Assembly: GCA_018436095.1 (NCBI GenBank)
Contig: JAHDMJ010000023.1
Location: forward strand, 47 to 64,046
Length of the DNA: 64,000 nt
From: Clostridia bacterium
GTDB taxonomy: Bacteria; Bacillota; Peptococcia; DRI-13; UBA5745
Reading direction: 5' to 3'
Shown here: positions 1 through 10,632 of the stretch, piece by piece
How positions within the stretch are numbered: position 1 is the first letter of the stretch
Layout: every line of letters begins with the position of its first letter
Notes under the pieces: generated by a model
What the model was told of the DNA's origin: nothing
The model's input: the letters and a program-made list of their open reading frames with translations, nothing else
Database searches by the model: none
Program-made: the position numbers and the translations under genes

Positions 1-23
1 TTGTTTACATAGTTATGGCCTTT

Positions 24-287
24 TGTGCAAAATTGCAGCTTTGTAGTATGTGATTTGGCCTAAAAATAGGTTTTCACCCCATTTTCGGATCAAATTTGTT
101 CCAAAAGGAAGATTTACGGGTTACAAACCTGCATTTTTGCTCAGTTAGCCTATGCGAATGATAACAAACCTGCATTTTTGCTCAGTTAGCCCAAGCGAAC
201 GACGACAAACCTGCAATTTTGAGCAGTTAGCGCTGCAAAACAGTTTTAAAACGGTCAAAGTCAGCGCACAACCTCGTTTTTTGAGCA
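24..287. repeat. Dispersed repeat module A (converging array of ~21-bp motifs)
   Basis: TGTGCAAAATTGCAGCTTTGT at 24-44 (+); inverted copies at 123-143, 164-184, 205-225 (41-bp period, each followed by GTTAGC) and a variant at 268-287; may extend beyond the window start. Confidence 0.85.
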
Positions 288-358
288 GCCGGTTTTCAAC
301 CAACCACGGGCCCTCTTATTTTGCAGGACAGGATAAAATGCATCCGGTCCTTTACATT

Positions 359-3004
359 TTAAAGCCATTCTTTGTAGCGCTTAATATAGACGGTTTTGAT
401 AAGCTGGGCAGACAGAAAGTAGCCGGCCAGGATCAGCAGGAGCCAGGGTGCAAAAGAGGCAGGCAAAGGCATCATATCCAAGCCCACGGCAAAATCACTG
501 AATCCCATGATGAGTGCCGCTGCCGCTACAATCAGGGTGGAAAGCAATAAGGGGGCCGAAGGCCGGCCTTGCAGGAAGGGGATTTTCGCCGTGCGGATCA
601 TATAAATAACCAAGACCTGAGACACGGTGCCGAAAACAAACCAGCCGCATTGAAACAACGGAGCCAGCTCCGCCTTATTTGCGCCTACCACCCACCACAT
701 GACCGCAAAGCACAAAAGGTCAAAAACAGAGCTGAGGGGTCCCAGAAAGGCCATAAAAGTCTTAATTGATCCCGTTTCCCATTTCCGGGGTTTTTTAATG
801 TACTCCTTATCCACACTGTCAAAGGGTATGCTTAATTGGGAAAAATCGCAGAGCAAGTTTTGAGTGAGTATCTGCACCGGCAGCATAGGCAAAAAGGGTA
901 GAAAAATACTGGCGGCAATCACTGAGATAATGTTGCCGAAGTTGCCGCTGGCCGCCATTTTGATGTATTTAATGATATTGCCGAAGGTGCGGCGGCCTTC
1001 GATTACCCCTTCTTCCAGCACCATCAGATCCTTCTTCAGCAGAATAATATCGGCGGTTTCTTTGGCAATATCCACTGCGCTGTCTACGGAAATTCCCACA
1101 TCCGCCTGGCGCAGGGGCGGCGCGTCATTGATGCCGTCGCCCATATAACCTACGGTATGGCCTGCCTGCTGAAAGGCTTTGACCACCCGTTCCTTTTGGG
1201 AAGGCGACAATTTCGCAAATAAATCGCAGGTCCTGACCGCTTCCAGCAAGGCTTTATCATCCATGGCTTCCACGTCCCGGCCGGTCAGCAAATAGCCGGT
1301 ATTGACCCCAACCTTGCCGCAAACCTTGACGGCCACCCCTTCGCTGTCGCCGGTCAGCACCACTGTCCGTACCCCGTGTTCTTTCAGGGCAGCAATGGCG
1401 GCCTTGGCGCTTTCCTTGGGCGGGTCGAGAAAACCGATGAAACCGATTAAAACCACATCTTTTTCGTCGGCCACGCTAAAAACGCCGGTATCGGGCACGT
1501 GATTTTTTTGGGCCACGGCAATCATGCGCAGGCCCTCGTTGTTGTGAGCCTCATAGGTGGCCATGGCAATCCGCCGGGTTTCCTCATCCAGCGGTAAAAT
1601 CTGTCCGCCTATTTCCACAAAGGCTGAAATAGCCAGAATTTCCTCTACGGCGCCTTTGGTAATAAGCTGCCTTTTGCCGGACTTATCCGTTAGCACCACG
1701 CTCATACGGCGGCGGGAGAAATCAAAGGGTATTTCATCGATGAGGCTATAAGCCTGCAGAAGATCCTCAAGACCGTTTTCCGCCGCTCTGTTAATAATGG
1801 CAAGGTCGATCAGGTTTTTCAAACCCGTTTGAAAGTGGCTGTTCAGATAAGCGTGGCGCAGAATCCGGGTATCGTCTTCGCCGTGAAGATTCATGTATTT
1901 TTCCAGTACAATTTTGTCCTCGGTCAGCGTCCCGGTTTTATCGGTGCAGAGCACATCCATCTCCCCAAAGGTCTGAATGGCCCCCAGGGTACGGACAATG
2001 ACCTGGTGCTTAGCCATGGATACGGCGCCTTTGGCCAGCGTAGAGGTCATAATCACCGGCAGCATTTCCGGCGTCAGCCCCACGGCAATGCTGATGGCAA
2101 AAAGCAAAGCGCCGGCCCAGTCTCCTTTGGCCCAGCCATTAATCAGAAAGACCACGGGCACCATTACAAACATCATGCGGATCAGCAACCGGCTCACCGA
2201 ATCCACGCCCCGTTCAAAACTGGTTTTGGCCCTGTCGCCGGAGAGGGATTTGGCCATGGAGCCGAAGTGGGTGGCATTGCCGGTAGCCAGCACCAAGGCA
2301 GTGGCGCTGCCGCTGACGATATTGGAGCCCATAAAGCCGATGTGGTGCAGGTCCGTCAGACTATCTCCCTGCTGATTTTTTATATCGCTGAATTTCTCAA
2401 CGGGATTGGATTCGCCTGTAAGCGCCGCCTGGGCCACAAAGGTGTCCTTCGTCGTCAAAAAACGCACATCCGCAGGCAGCATATCACCGGCAGACAGGCG
2501 TACGATATCACCGGGCACCACTTCATCCATAGCAATTTCAACCAGCTTGCCATCCCGCCAGATATCAGCCTTATTAGAAATCATTTTGGCCAGTTTTTCA
2601 GCGGCGGCATTGGAGCGCTGGCCCTGTACGAAAGCCACCAGACTAGACAGAATCACCAGGGACAAAATAATCAGAATGGTAAAGTAGTCGGGTTTTGAAG
2701 AAAACACCACGTCCGTAAAATAAGTAATAGCGGCAATCAGCAGCAAAATCAGGTTAAAGGGGTTAATCACCGCTTCCCTTAACCTGTGCAGCACCGTCTC
2801 CTTATTTCCTATGGTAATTACGTTTTTGCCATACTCGTCCTGCCTGTCCGCCGCACCTTGGCTGGTTAAGCCTCCCGCATCCGCCGTCAGCCGGCTAAAC
2901 ACCTCCTCAATAGGTAAGAAAGCAAACAAACGGATCTTCTTTTCGCTGTCATGCTTATTTTTTTGGATCTGGCTGCTGTAATTTTTTTTGTTTAAGAACT
3001 TCAC
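359..3004 (-). CDS. mgtA: Magnesium-translocating P-type ATPase
   Basis: TGES, DKTGTLT, TGD, GDGIND motifs; PEMLP; KMAASGNFGN. Start moved to GTG at 3004 behind SD AAAGGA because the longer ORF runs through the leader region. Confidence 0.95.
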   Translation of the reverse strand: MKFLNKKNYSSQIQKNKHDSEKKIRLFAFLPIEEVFSRLTADAGGLTSQGAADRQDEYGKNVITIGNKETVLHRLREAVINPFNLILLLIAAITYFTDVVFSSKPDYFTILIILSLVILSSLVAFVQGQRSNAAAEKLAKMISNKADIWRDGKLVEIAMDEVVPGDIVRLSAGDMLPADVRFLTTKDTFVAQAALTGESNPVEKFSDIKNQQGDSLTDLHHIGFMGSNIVSGSATALVLATGNATHFGSMAKSLSGDRAKTSFERGVDSVSRLLIRMMFVMVPVVFLINGWAKGDWAGALLFAISIAVGLTPEMLPVIMTSTLAKGAVSMAKHQVIVRTLGAIQTFGEMDVLCTDKTGTLTEDKIVLEKYMNLHGEDDTRILRHAYLNSHFQTGLKNLIDLAIINRAAENGLEDLLQAYSLIDEIPFDFSRRRMSVVLTDKSGKRQLITKGAVEEILAISAFVEIGGQILPLDEETRRIAMATYEAHNNEGLRMIAVAQKNHVPDTGVFSVADEKDVVLIGFIGFLDPPKESAKAAIAALKEHGVRTVVLTGDSEGVAVKVCGKVGVNTGYLLTGRDVEAMDDKALLEAVRTCDLFAKLSPSQKERVVKAFQQAGHTVGYMGDGINDAPPLRQADVGISVDSAVDIAKETADIILLKKDLMVLEEGVIEGRRTFGNIIKYIKMAASGNFGNIISVIAASIFLPFLPMLPVQILTQNLLCDFSQLSIPFDSVDKEYIKKPRKWETGSIKTFMAFLGPLSSVFDLLCFAVMWWVVGANKAELAPLFQCGWFVFGTVSQVLVIYMIRTAKIPFLQGRPSAPLLLSTLIVAAAALIMGFSDFAVGLDMMPLPASFAPWLLLILAGYFLSAQLIKTVYIKRYKEWL

Positions 3005-3055
3005 TGGAATCATTCCTTTCTGTTGGGATTCCCCGGCGAAACGGCAAAAAGGCAT

Positions 3056-3082
3056 AAAAAAATGCCGTCCCAACAGACGGCA
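3056..3082 (-). terminator. Intrinsic terminator/attenuator in the mgtA leader
   Basis: Minus strand TGCCGTC-TGTTGG-GACGGCA followed by T7, between the leader ORF and the mgtA start. Confidence 0.8.
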
Positions 3083-3104
3083 AAAATATAGGCAGATTAA
3101 GCCA

Positions 3105-3215
3105 TTAGCATAAAAGCGCAATGGAAAACAGCCCGCAATAAGTGCCGACACATTGGTTACCCGTTTTACTCTGGGGTGTGGGTTCATAAAAAAGACTTCG
3201 AGGGTTGCCGTCCAT
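3105..3215 (-). CDS. Putative mgtA leader peptide, 36 aa (MDGNPRSLFYEPTPQSKTGNQCVGTYCGLFSIALLC)
   Basis: ATG at 3215 preceded by SD-like GAAAGGAAGTGA; TAA at 3105-3107; directly upstream of the terminator; below the ORF-track length cut-off. Confidence 0.65.
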   Translation of the reverse strand: MDGNPRSLFYEPTPQSKTGNQCVGTYCGLFSIALLC

Positions 3216-3264
3216 TGGCTCACTTCCTTTCGCTAATATCTATTATGCCAATCTATGCTTTATC

Positions 3265-3459
3265 TTATGCCAAAACATCCAGCTTGTGCCCAAAAGAAGG
3301 GAGCGGTGTGGGTACAGCCGATTCCAGGCTTTCAATCAGGTTGGCAGCCATGGTCTCCTGCAAATCCATAACTTTTTTTGTCATGGCAATATCTACCGCT
3401 GCGGCAGTCTTGCCCAGGCTCATCCCTATGCTGGCGGCTGCAATAGCTTCTATCTCCAT
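3265..3459 (-). CDS. YjfB-family small protein (putative motility protein)
   Basis: MEIEAIAAASIGMS...AVDIAMTKKVMDLQE...FGHKLDVLA pattern; SD AAGGTGA before ATG at 3459. Confidence 0.75.
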   Translation of the reverse strand: MEIEAIAAASIGMSLGKTAAAVDIAMTKKVMDLQETMAANLIESLESAVPTPLPSFGHKLDVLA

Positions 3460-3665
3460 AAAATCACCTTTTTCCTCATAAATCTCTAAAAACCACTCTG
3501 CCAAAATTATACTATGCTTTGCTATAAGAATGCAAGCCCGGGGAGACGATATATATCAGGACAAGAGTATTATCCTGATATCCGGCTCAGGCCAAGCCCA
3601 TGAGCAATCGGTGAACATCGAGGGAGGGAATCCGGAGAAAAGGCCATGTCGGCTATAGCCAAGGA

Positions 3666-3704
3666 TTCGCAGAGATGAAAATCGAGGATTTTCATCTCTG
3701 CGAA
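3666..3704. repeat. Perfect 18-bp inverted repeat upstream of the methyltransferase gene
   Basis: TTCGCAGAGATGAAAATC-gag-GATTTTCATCTCTGCGAA, immediately before TTGACA (3708-3713). Confidence 0.85.
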
Positions 3705-3764
3705 ATCTTGACATATCCTTAAAAGGATGGTATTGATGGATAGGAAAGGGGTGCAGCCAACAAA

Positions 3765-4769
3765 GTGATAGAAAAAAGACAACGGGCAGAGCGCAATAGA
3801 ACTATCGTTTTGGCTCCTGAGGAAGAGCAGTTGTATTTAAGCCGCTGCCTTGCTGAAGAAGCAATGACCTCAAGCAGCAACATTGCCAAAGATGGAAGTA
3901 TTGCCGGGGTCAGCGGTATCCTTGATCAGGTCATTTACGGCGATTGTTTTAAAGCCCTCTCCCGGCTGCCAAGCCAATTCGTGGATCTGCTGATTGTGGA
4001 CCCGCCCTACAATCTGGATAAAACCTTCAGCACCAGTAAGTTTCGGAAAATGGCCGCCGCCGATTACGAGGCCTTTACCCGGCAATGGTTGAACAGCCTT
4101 GTTCATACACTGAAAGACACAGCCTCCATCTATGTATGCTGTGATTGGAAAAGCAGCCTGATTATCGGCCCTGTCCTCAGCGATTTTTTTCTTGTGCAAA
4201 ACCGTATCACCTGGCAGCGGGAGAAAGGCCGGGGCTCTTTGTCTAACTGGAAAAATGCCATGGAGGACATCTGGTTTGCAACGGTATCCAAAAAATATAC
4301 CTTTAATGCGGAAGCCGTTAAACAGCGCCGGAAGGTCATAGCTCCTTACCGTATTAACGGCCAGCCGAAGGATTGGCAGGAAACGGCAGAGGGCAAATAC
4401 CGGGACACCTACCCCTCTAATTTCTGGGAGGATATTTCTATTCCTTATTGGTCCATGGCAGAAAACACCGATCATCCTACGCAAAAGCCGGAAAAGCTTT
4501 ATGCCAAGCTGATCCTGGCTAGTTCAAATAAAGATGGTATGATCCTCGACCCTTTTGCCGGCGTGGGCACAGCCTGCGTTGTGGCCAAGAAGCTGGGCCG
4601 GCATTATATCGGCATCGAAAAAGAGTCTCAATACTGTGCTTTGGCGGCAAAAAGGCTGGAAATGGCAGAGAAGGATGCCTCCATTCAAGGCTACGCCAAT
4701 AATGTTTTTTGGGACCGCAATTCTCTGGCAGAACAGAAGAAAGAGGCTAAACGGCCCTCTTGCCATTAA
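3765..4769 (+). CDS. Orphan N4/N6 DNA methyltransferase (beta class)
   Basis: DPPY catalytic motif precedes HPTQKP and DPFAGVG SAM-binding motif; no restriction endonuclease gene adjacent. Confidence 0.9.
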   Translation: MIEKRQRAERNRTIVLAPEEEQLYLSRCLAEEAMTSSSNIAKDGSIAGVSGILDQVIYGDCFKALSRLPSQFVDLLIVDPPYNLDKTFSTSKFRKMAAADYEAFTRQWLNSLVHTLKDTASIYVCCDWKSSLIIGPVLSDFFLVQNRITWQREKGRGSLSNWKNAMEDIWFATVSKKYTFNAEAVKQRRKVIAPYRINGQPKDWQETAEGKYRDTYPSNFWEDISIPYWSMAENTDHPTQKPEKLYAKLILASSNKDGMILDPFAGVGTACVVAKKLGRHYIGIEKESQYCALAAKRLEMAEKDASIQGYANNVFWDRNSLAEQKKEAKRPSCH

Positions 4770-4803
4770 GCTTCGTTCTACCCGCAACTCATTTTAAGAA
4801 AGC

Positions 4804-4841
4804 AGCAAGCCCTGGGATTAATCCTATGGGCTTGTTTTTTT
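4804..4841 (+). terminator. Intrinsic terminator after the methyltransferase gene
   Basis: CAAGCCC...GGGCTTG stem followed by a T-run. Confidence 0.7.
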
Positions 4842-4886
4842 GTTTTTATATTAGAGGTTAAGCTTATATAGCTTTATTTATGCATT

Positions 4887-4915
4887 ACACTTATCTACCC
4901 GTCCATGCATATGCT
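4887..4915 (+). promoter_or_regulatory. Putative sigma-K (mother-cell) promoter
   Basis: AC-17 bp-CATATGCT matches the AC-N16/17-CATANNNT consensus, upstream of a spore-surface-type gene. Confidence 0.55.
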
Positions 4916-4960
4916 GGAATGGGTTACTATTATCAATTAATTTAGAAGGAACGTGATATA

Positions 4961-7054
4961 GTGAATGATTTTGAAACCGACAAAAAAAGGCTAACCGCCT
5001 CGCAACATCCCCTTTACGCTGATAATAACCGATCCTGTTATGGAAAACCACCCTCCTGCCGTCCACCCTGCCCTCCCGATCCCTCTTGCTCTTTATGCCC
5101 TCCGGGGCCCCGGGGTCCAAGGGGCCCGAAAGGCGACCCCGGCTGCCCGGGACCGCCGGGTCCAAGGGGTCCCCAAGGCGCTCCCGGTCCTCAAGGTCCA
5201 ATAGGGCCTCAAGGGCCCCAGGGACCTCAAGGACCTCAAGGAATAGCAGGTCCTCCCGGCGCAACTGGAGTTACCGGAGCTACCGGTGCAACGGGTGCAA
5301 CCGGCCCCGCCGGACCTGCCGGTGCAACAGGGGCAACCGGGCCTGCCGGACCCGCCGGAGCAACAGGGGCAACCGGACCTGCCGGACCTGCCGGAGCTAC
5401 CGGTGCAACAGGGGCAACCGGACCTGCCGGAGCTACCGGTGCAACAGGGGCAACCGGACCTGCCGGAGCTACCGGTGCAACAGGGGCAACCGGTCCCACT
5501 GGCGCAACGGGTGCTGACGGAGCAACCGGTCCCACTGGTCCTACTGGCGCAACGGGTGCTGATGGGGCAACCGGCCCAACTGGCCCCACTGGCGCAACAG
5601 GCCCCACTGGCGCAACCGGCCCTACCGGCCCCACAGGGCCAACGGGAGTATTCGAGCCTGACCAATTCCTATTTAATGTTATTGGAGAAACCGGTAGTGC
5701 AACAGTTGGGCTCGGAGAAAATCTTATTTTTGAATCCTCTACGCTGGATATAACGGTTACGCCGGGTTCTGCAATAGTAACGATTGAAGACCCTAACCCG
5801 ACAGGTCCTACCGGCCCCACTGGTCCTACTGGCGCAACCGGTGCTGACGGAGCAACCGGCCCCACTGGCCCTACCGGCGCAACCGGTGCTGACGGAGCAA
5901 CCGGCCCCACTGGCCCTACCGGTGCAACAGGCGCTGACGGTCCTACCGGCCCCACTGGTCCTACTGGCGCAACAGGCGCTGACGGGGCAACCGGACCCAC
6001 TGGTCCTACCGGCGCAACGGGCGCTGACGGGGCAACCGGACCCACTGGTCCTACCGGCGCAACAGGCGCTGACGGGGCAACCGGCCCCGCTGGCCCTACC
6101 GGCGCAACAGGCGCTGATGGGGCAACCGGCCCCACTGGCCTTACCGGTGCAACAGGCGCTGACGGAGCAACCGGCCCCACTGGTCCTACCGGCGCAACAG
6201 GCGCTGACGGGGCAACCGGCCCCACCGGCCCCACTGGCGCTGACGGGGCAACTGGTCCCACTGGTCCTACCGGCGCAACGGGTGCTGATGGGGTAACCGG
6301 CCCCACCGGCCCTACCGGCGCAACGGGTGCTGATGGGGTAACCGGCCCCACTGGCCCTACCGGCGCAACGGGCGCTGACGGGGCAACTGGTCCCACCGGC
6401 CCTACCGGCGCAACGGGCGCTGACGGAGCAACCGGCCCCACTGGTCCTACCGGCGCAACGGGCGCTGACGGAGCAACCGGTCCCACTGGTCCTACTGGCG
6501 CAACGGGCGCTGACGGAGCAACCGGTCCCACTGGTCCTACTGGCGCAACGGGTCCTACCGGCCCCACTGGCGCAGATGGCATAGATGGCGCAACTGGCCC
6601 TACCGGACCCACCGGTCCCACTGGCCCCGAAGCAATACTGGCTTATGGTGGTCTATACAATGATACGACCCAGCTCATTACCATTCCTGCGGACGGTGAG
6701 GAAACCGTTGCGCTGCCAGAAAGTATGGCAAATACTAACGTGGCGTTAGGGACTGACAGTATCACTATTAATATTGCCGGAGACTACCGTGTGGAATATT
6801 TTATTCAGCTACAGTCCACCAGTGGTGATTTCGGCTTGCTTGCCGGTGTACAAATCAATGGGTTGTTTTTGCAGTCATCTTTGATTAGTACTATCGTATT
6901 AACCTCTGCTTTTGAGACGGTCACGCTCAGCGGTATTGTTCCCTTAGCCGCAGGCGATGTGCTAACCTTAGTATTGTCAAGCCTTACCGGAGGAAGTGTT
7001 TTGTTTGGCGGAGGTACAAGTGCCAACCTGAGCGTAATGAGGTTAGGCACCTGA
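4961..7054 (+). CDS. Collagen-like (BclA-type) exosporium glycoprotein
   Basis: Cys/Pro-rich N-terminus, two long Gly-X-Y tracts ([12 protein letters not shown]) split by a ~50-aa globular linker, C-terminal beta-rich domain (AYGGLYN...ANLSVMRL); no signal peptide. Confidence 0.88.
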   Translation: MNDFETDKKRLTASQHPLYADNNRSCYGKPPSCRPPCPPDPSCSLCPPGPRGPRGPKGDPGCPGPPGPRGPQGAPGPQGPIGPQGPQGPQGPQGIAGPPGATGVTGATGATGATGPAGPAGATGATGPAGPAGATGATGPAGPAGATGATGATGPAGATGATGATGPAGATGATGATGPTGATGADGATGPTGPTGATGADGATGPTGPTGATGPTGATGPTGPTGPTGVFEPDQFLFNVIGETGSATVGLGENLIFESSTLDITVTPGSAIVTIEDPNPTGPTGPTGPTGATGADGATGPTGPTGATGADGATGPTGPTGATGADGPTGPTGPTGATGADGATGPTGPTGATGADGATGPTGPTGATGADGATGPAGPTGATGADGATGPTGLTGATGADGATGPTGPTGATGADGATGPTGPTGADGATGPTGPTGATGADGVTGPTGPTGATGADGVTGPTGPTGATGADGATGPTGPTGATGADGATGPTGPTGATGADGATGPTGPTGATGADGATGPTGPTGATGPTGPTGADGIDGATGPTGPTGPTGPEAILAYGGLYNDTTQLITIPADGEETVALPESMANTNVALGTDSITINIAGDYRVEYFIQLQSTSGDFGLLAGVQINGLFLQSSLISTIVLTSAFETVTLSGIVPLAAGDVLTLVLSSLTGGSVLFGGGTSANLSVMRLGT

Positions 7055-7241
7055 TCTTTCCTTTCCTAAAACAACCGGGCCTGCCGGGCCTTAAGGTTTG
7101 GCAGCATAGGGCAGTTTTTGCAACGACGCGGTCCAAACCATTATGCTTGCTATGGGCGGCAGCCTTTTGTTTGGTCCCGGTTTAAATGCCAACTTGAAGG
7201 TTACGCAGATAAGCAACTAATTCCGGCGCCTAAACAATGAT

Positions 7242-7280
7242 TGGGAGGCAATAGCTTTTAGCTTTCGCCTCCCTTTTTTT
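7242..7280 (+). terminator. Intrinsic terminator
   Basis: GGGAGGC...GCCTCCC followed by a T-run. Confidence 0.7.
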
Positions 7281-7543
7281 ATAGCTAACGTTTTAGGCCG
7301 TTGCCAATAGAGGAACAAGTCAACAGATAGACCGGCAACCGATTACCGCCGCCGTTTCGATGTATACAAGCCAGCGTTTAGTAACTATTGAAGCCAATTA
7401 TCTTTCGATTGTTTGCATACGCTTTCAGCAGCATAATAAAAAACTCCGGTATCTTCCAAAGGCTTAGATCTACATTATGGCCCGGGACAAATTCGAGATA
7501 TGGCTGCCGCCTATTTTTGATCTATTCTTTCCTCTTGCCGCAT

Positions 7544-9325
7544 CTAGATTGAAAACCCCTCCGCCGCTATGGACGCCATATCAGGGACTTTGCCGCGTGG
7601 CTCCGGCAAAGCCCTCGATACGGGTCTGAGGGGGGTTTTCTTATCTCCTAAACGGAATCGGGAAACCAGGGTTTGCATTTGACTGGACTGCCTGCTCAAA
7701 ATCTCGCTGGAAGCTGCGCTCTCCTGAGCAGTAGCTGAATTTTGCTGTACAATTTCCGCCAACTGGCTGATGCCCAAATGGATATGGTTGATTACTGTGC
7801 TCTGTTCCTGAGAGGCGGCAGGGATCTCTCCGACAATCTTGCTGCTCTCGTTTATACCCTCTACAATGCCGCTAAAAGAAGCGGCGGTCTCTTGAGCAAT
7901 TTGTACGCCCAGCTTTGATTTACCCAAAGAATTCTCAACTAACTGCCGGATGTTTTCGGCAGCCTCCGCACTTTGCAGGGCCAGGCTGCGCACTTCATCG
8001 GCCACCACCGCAAAGCCTTTACCTTGCTGGCCGGCCCGGGCAGCTTCAATGGAGGCATTCAATGCTAAAATGTTGGTTTGGAAAGCAATATCCTGGGTCA
8101 CTTTAATAACCTTATGAATTGAATGGCCGGCCTGCTCAATATCTTGTACGGCTTGTATCATTCGCTTCATCTGCCGGGAGCCCATTTCCGCACTATCCCT
8201 GATAGCGTGGGCCACCGTTGCTGCCTGCTCCGCCAACTCTGCATTATGCTTCGTCTTTTCCGCCACTTGGGAAATCTCAGCAGAAAGCTCCTCAATCCCG
8301 GAAGACTGCTCCACTGAGCTATGGGCCAATATCTGAGCTCCATTGGCGATTTGTGCAGCCCCTAAGGATACCTGGTCGGCACTCCAGCGGATTTGAGCCA
8401 ACATGGCGCTAAGAGTTTCAATGGTGCTCTGCATGGCAATGCCCATAGAATCCTTCTCGCTTCGAGGGGTCACATGAACGGTCAGATCGCCGCCGGCAAT
8501 AGTCCCCAAGGTATGGATTTGGTTTTGAGTGCTTTCCACCATTTGCTGAAAGGCGTTGGTCAGCGCACCGATTTCATCCTCAAAGTCACTGGTTAATTTA
8601 ATCTCCATGTCGCCCCGGGCAATCTGCTCCGAAGCGCCGATCAGCTTGCCAATAGGCCGGCCAATGATACGGCGGGTCAGCAATATTGAAAACATACAGT
8701 AAATGACCGTGGTGCCCAGGCCAATTGCCAGGAGAATAGCGGCAAAGCCATTGCTGTTGCGCAGCACGCCGTCTACCCCCAAATCAACGCCCACAACGCC
8801 AATTACTTTTTTATCGGCGTCCAGAATGGGCGAAAATCCGGAGACCATATAGCCAAAACCTTCCGAATCATAAATAGAGGTAAATGAAGGAAGGCCGTTG
8901 CCGATGGTTTCAAACATCTCGTCGGCAAATGCGCTGGCCGGCTCTTGTGCCAATAAACCCAGGGCCTCTTCTCCGGGAGTGTCAGCGTCGGCAAAGTAAT
9001 AAACGCTCTGGTCGTAGCGGCTGTCCAAAACATAAAGGTAGGTAACTCCCGCGGAGGCCGCGGTTTCACTGACGAATCCTTGTACCCTGTGCCAATAATC
9101 ATTTTCCTTGCCGGCCTCTAAAATCAGGGCAAACTGCTCTTCATCGATACCGGCAGCTACCGTATCGGCAATGGTCATGGCCCGCTGGGCACTGGCTTCA
9201 ATAGAGTTCATCCGAAAGAATATATAGCTGAATATACCCATAAACATCGTGCTAAACAATGCAATAGCAATGGCCATACAGGAAATTTTACCCGTAATAC
9301 TTTTCAAAAAACCATTCTTTTTCAT
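7544..9325 (-). CDS. Methyl-accepting chemotaxis protein
   Basis: Two TM helices, HAMP, hairpin tip [34 protein letters not shown]. Confidence 0.95.
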   Translation of the reverse strand: MKKNGFLKSITGKISCMAIAIALFSTMFMGIFSYIFFRMNSIEASAQRAMTIADTVAAGIDEEQFALILEAGKENDYWHRVQGFVSETAASAGVTYLYVLDSRYDQSVYYFADADTPGEEALGLLAQEPASAFADEMFETIGNGLPSFTSIYDSEGFGYMVSGFSPILDADKKVIGVVGVDLGVDGVLRNSNGFAAILLAIGLGTTVIYCMFSILLTRRIIGRPIGKLIGASEQIARGDMEIKLTSDFEDEIGALTNAFQQMVESTQNQIHTLGTIAGGDLTVHVTPRSEKDSMGIAMQSTIETLSAMLAQIRWSADQVSLGAAQIANGAQILAHSSVEQSSGIEELSAEISQVAEKTKHNAELAEQAATVAHAIRDSAEMGSRQMKRMIQAVQDIEQAGHSIHKVIKVTQDIAFQTNILALNASIEAARAGQQGKGFAVVADEVRSLALQSAEAAENIRQLVENSLGKSKLGVQIAQETAASFSGIVEGINESSKIVGEIPAASQEQSTVINHIHLGISQLAEIVQQNSATAQESAASSEILSRQSSQMQTLVSRFRLGDKKTPLRPVSRALPEPRGKVPDMASIAAEGFSI

Positions 9326-9676
9326 GGATGCCTACACACCTCTTATACTTAAAATCAGCGGACTTCTCCCATCCCTTGGGCATAATCAGGGTACAAATTG
9401 CCGGATGCATAATACCAAATATTTCCCAACAGCAGGCCATGAATGTAATGAATACCCTTTTTAATCACTTCAATAAATTTATCGCTATTCTATTCTTTAG
9501 CCCCTACCTCCTTTGTTTTGTTGTCAGGCCGGAAACCAGATGTTAGAATACATTATAAATGATTTTTGACCGTTAATAAACATGATGTCATCACGGTTCG
9601 GCCTCGCTTTTTCGGGCATTAAAAGAGAGGAAAACCGCAGGCAAAACCGCTATCCTAACCTTAGGAGCTGATATAT

Positions 9677-10528
9677 ATGGAATGGATCAAGAGGCTAAAT
9701 AACGCAGTTAACTATATCGAGGAGCATCTGGCGTCAGAAATCGATTATGAGGCATTAGGCAGGATTGCCTGCTGCTCCTCCTATCACTTTCAGCGGATGT
9801 TTGGCTACATGGCAGGTATTCCTCTCTCGGAATATATCCGCCGCCGCAAAATGAGCCGGGCGGCTGCCGACCTGCAAAAAGGCGAGAATAAAATCATCGA
9901 TATTGCCCTTAAGTATGGCTATGATTCGCCCACCGCCTTTAACCGGGCCTTCCAAAGCATTCACGGCTTGCCGCCTTCCCAGGCTAAGACCGGCGGCGTC
10001 ACCCTTAAATCCTTTCCGCCCATCAGCTTCCAAATCACGATTAAAGGAGCGGAGCAAATGGATTATCGCATTGAGACAAAAGAGGCCTTTCGTATTATCG
10101 GTATAAACGCCCCCCTGGACAAGGATATCGAAAAAAACTTTGAGGCTGTGCCCCTTTTATGGCAAAAGGCGGCCATGGACGGCACTATCCCCCGCCTGGT
10201 TACCATGATGAACAGTAAGCCAATGGGCATTTTAGGCGTCAGCGCCTGCCCCGAAGGCTTGGAAAACTGGCGTTACTACATTGCTGCTGCCAGCACCTTG
10301 CCTGCCGACGGTTTTGAAGAATACACGGTTCCCGCCGCTACCTGGGCCATCTTCAGCGGCCAGGGCACCGGTCAATCTATCCAGGAGCTGGAGCGCCGCA
10401 TCGTCAGCGAATGGCTGCCTACTTCCGGCTACGAATACGCCAATGCCCCGGATGTAGAGGTTTATCTGGATCCCGATCCCAAAAACACCAAATATGAAGT
10501 TTGGATTCCGGTAGCGGAAAAACAGTAG
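9677..10528 (+). CDS. AraC-family regulator with GyrI-like effector domain
   Basis: N-terminal AraC HTH (YHFQRMF...IALKYGYDSPTAFNRAF), C-terminal EWLPTSGYE...YEVWIPV. Confidence 0.92.
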   Translation: MEWIKRLNNAVNYIEEHLASEIDYEALGRIACCSSYHFQRMFGYMAGIPLSEYIRRRKMSRAAADLQKGENKIIDIALKYGYDSPTAFNRAFQSIHGLPPSQAKTGGVTLKSFPPISFQITIKGAEQMDYRIETKEAFRIIGINAPLDKDIEKNFEAVPLLWQKAAMDGTIPRLVTMMNSKPMGILGVSACPEGLENWRYYIAAASTLPADGFEEYTVPAATWAIFSGQGTGQSIQELERRIVSEWLPTSGYEYANAPDVEVYLDPDPKNTKYEVWIPVAEKQ

Positions 10529-10632
10529 AAAAATAGAAGGCGGCGTCTCAGCAAAGGGACGTCGCCTTGTCTTATTTTTGGTGAAAAACCTTTTATAATT
10601 GAGGTCACTTAAAAAGCCGCTCAAGTCCTATT

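Noticed and set aside
123-231. 41-bp periodic repeats as a CRISPR array
   Set aside because: Spacers are only ~14-20 bp, copies occur in both orientations and vary in sequence, and no cas genes are present.
3005-3250. M-box (ykoK) riboswitch upstream of mgtA, and the 73-codon N-terminal extension of MgtA
   Set aside because: No M-box consensus is visible; the extension crosses a terminator and the better SD precedes GTG 3004.
5086-6621. Long alternative-frame and antisense ORFs (e.g. the 461-aa PVGPVAP ORF)
   Set aside because: Stop-free shadows of the collagen GXY codon repeats.
7120-7280. Possible 6S RNA
   Set aside because: Only a short AACTTGAAG resemblance; I could not build the long closing stem and central bubble.
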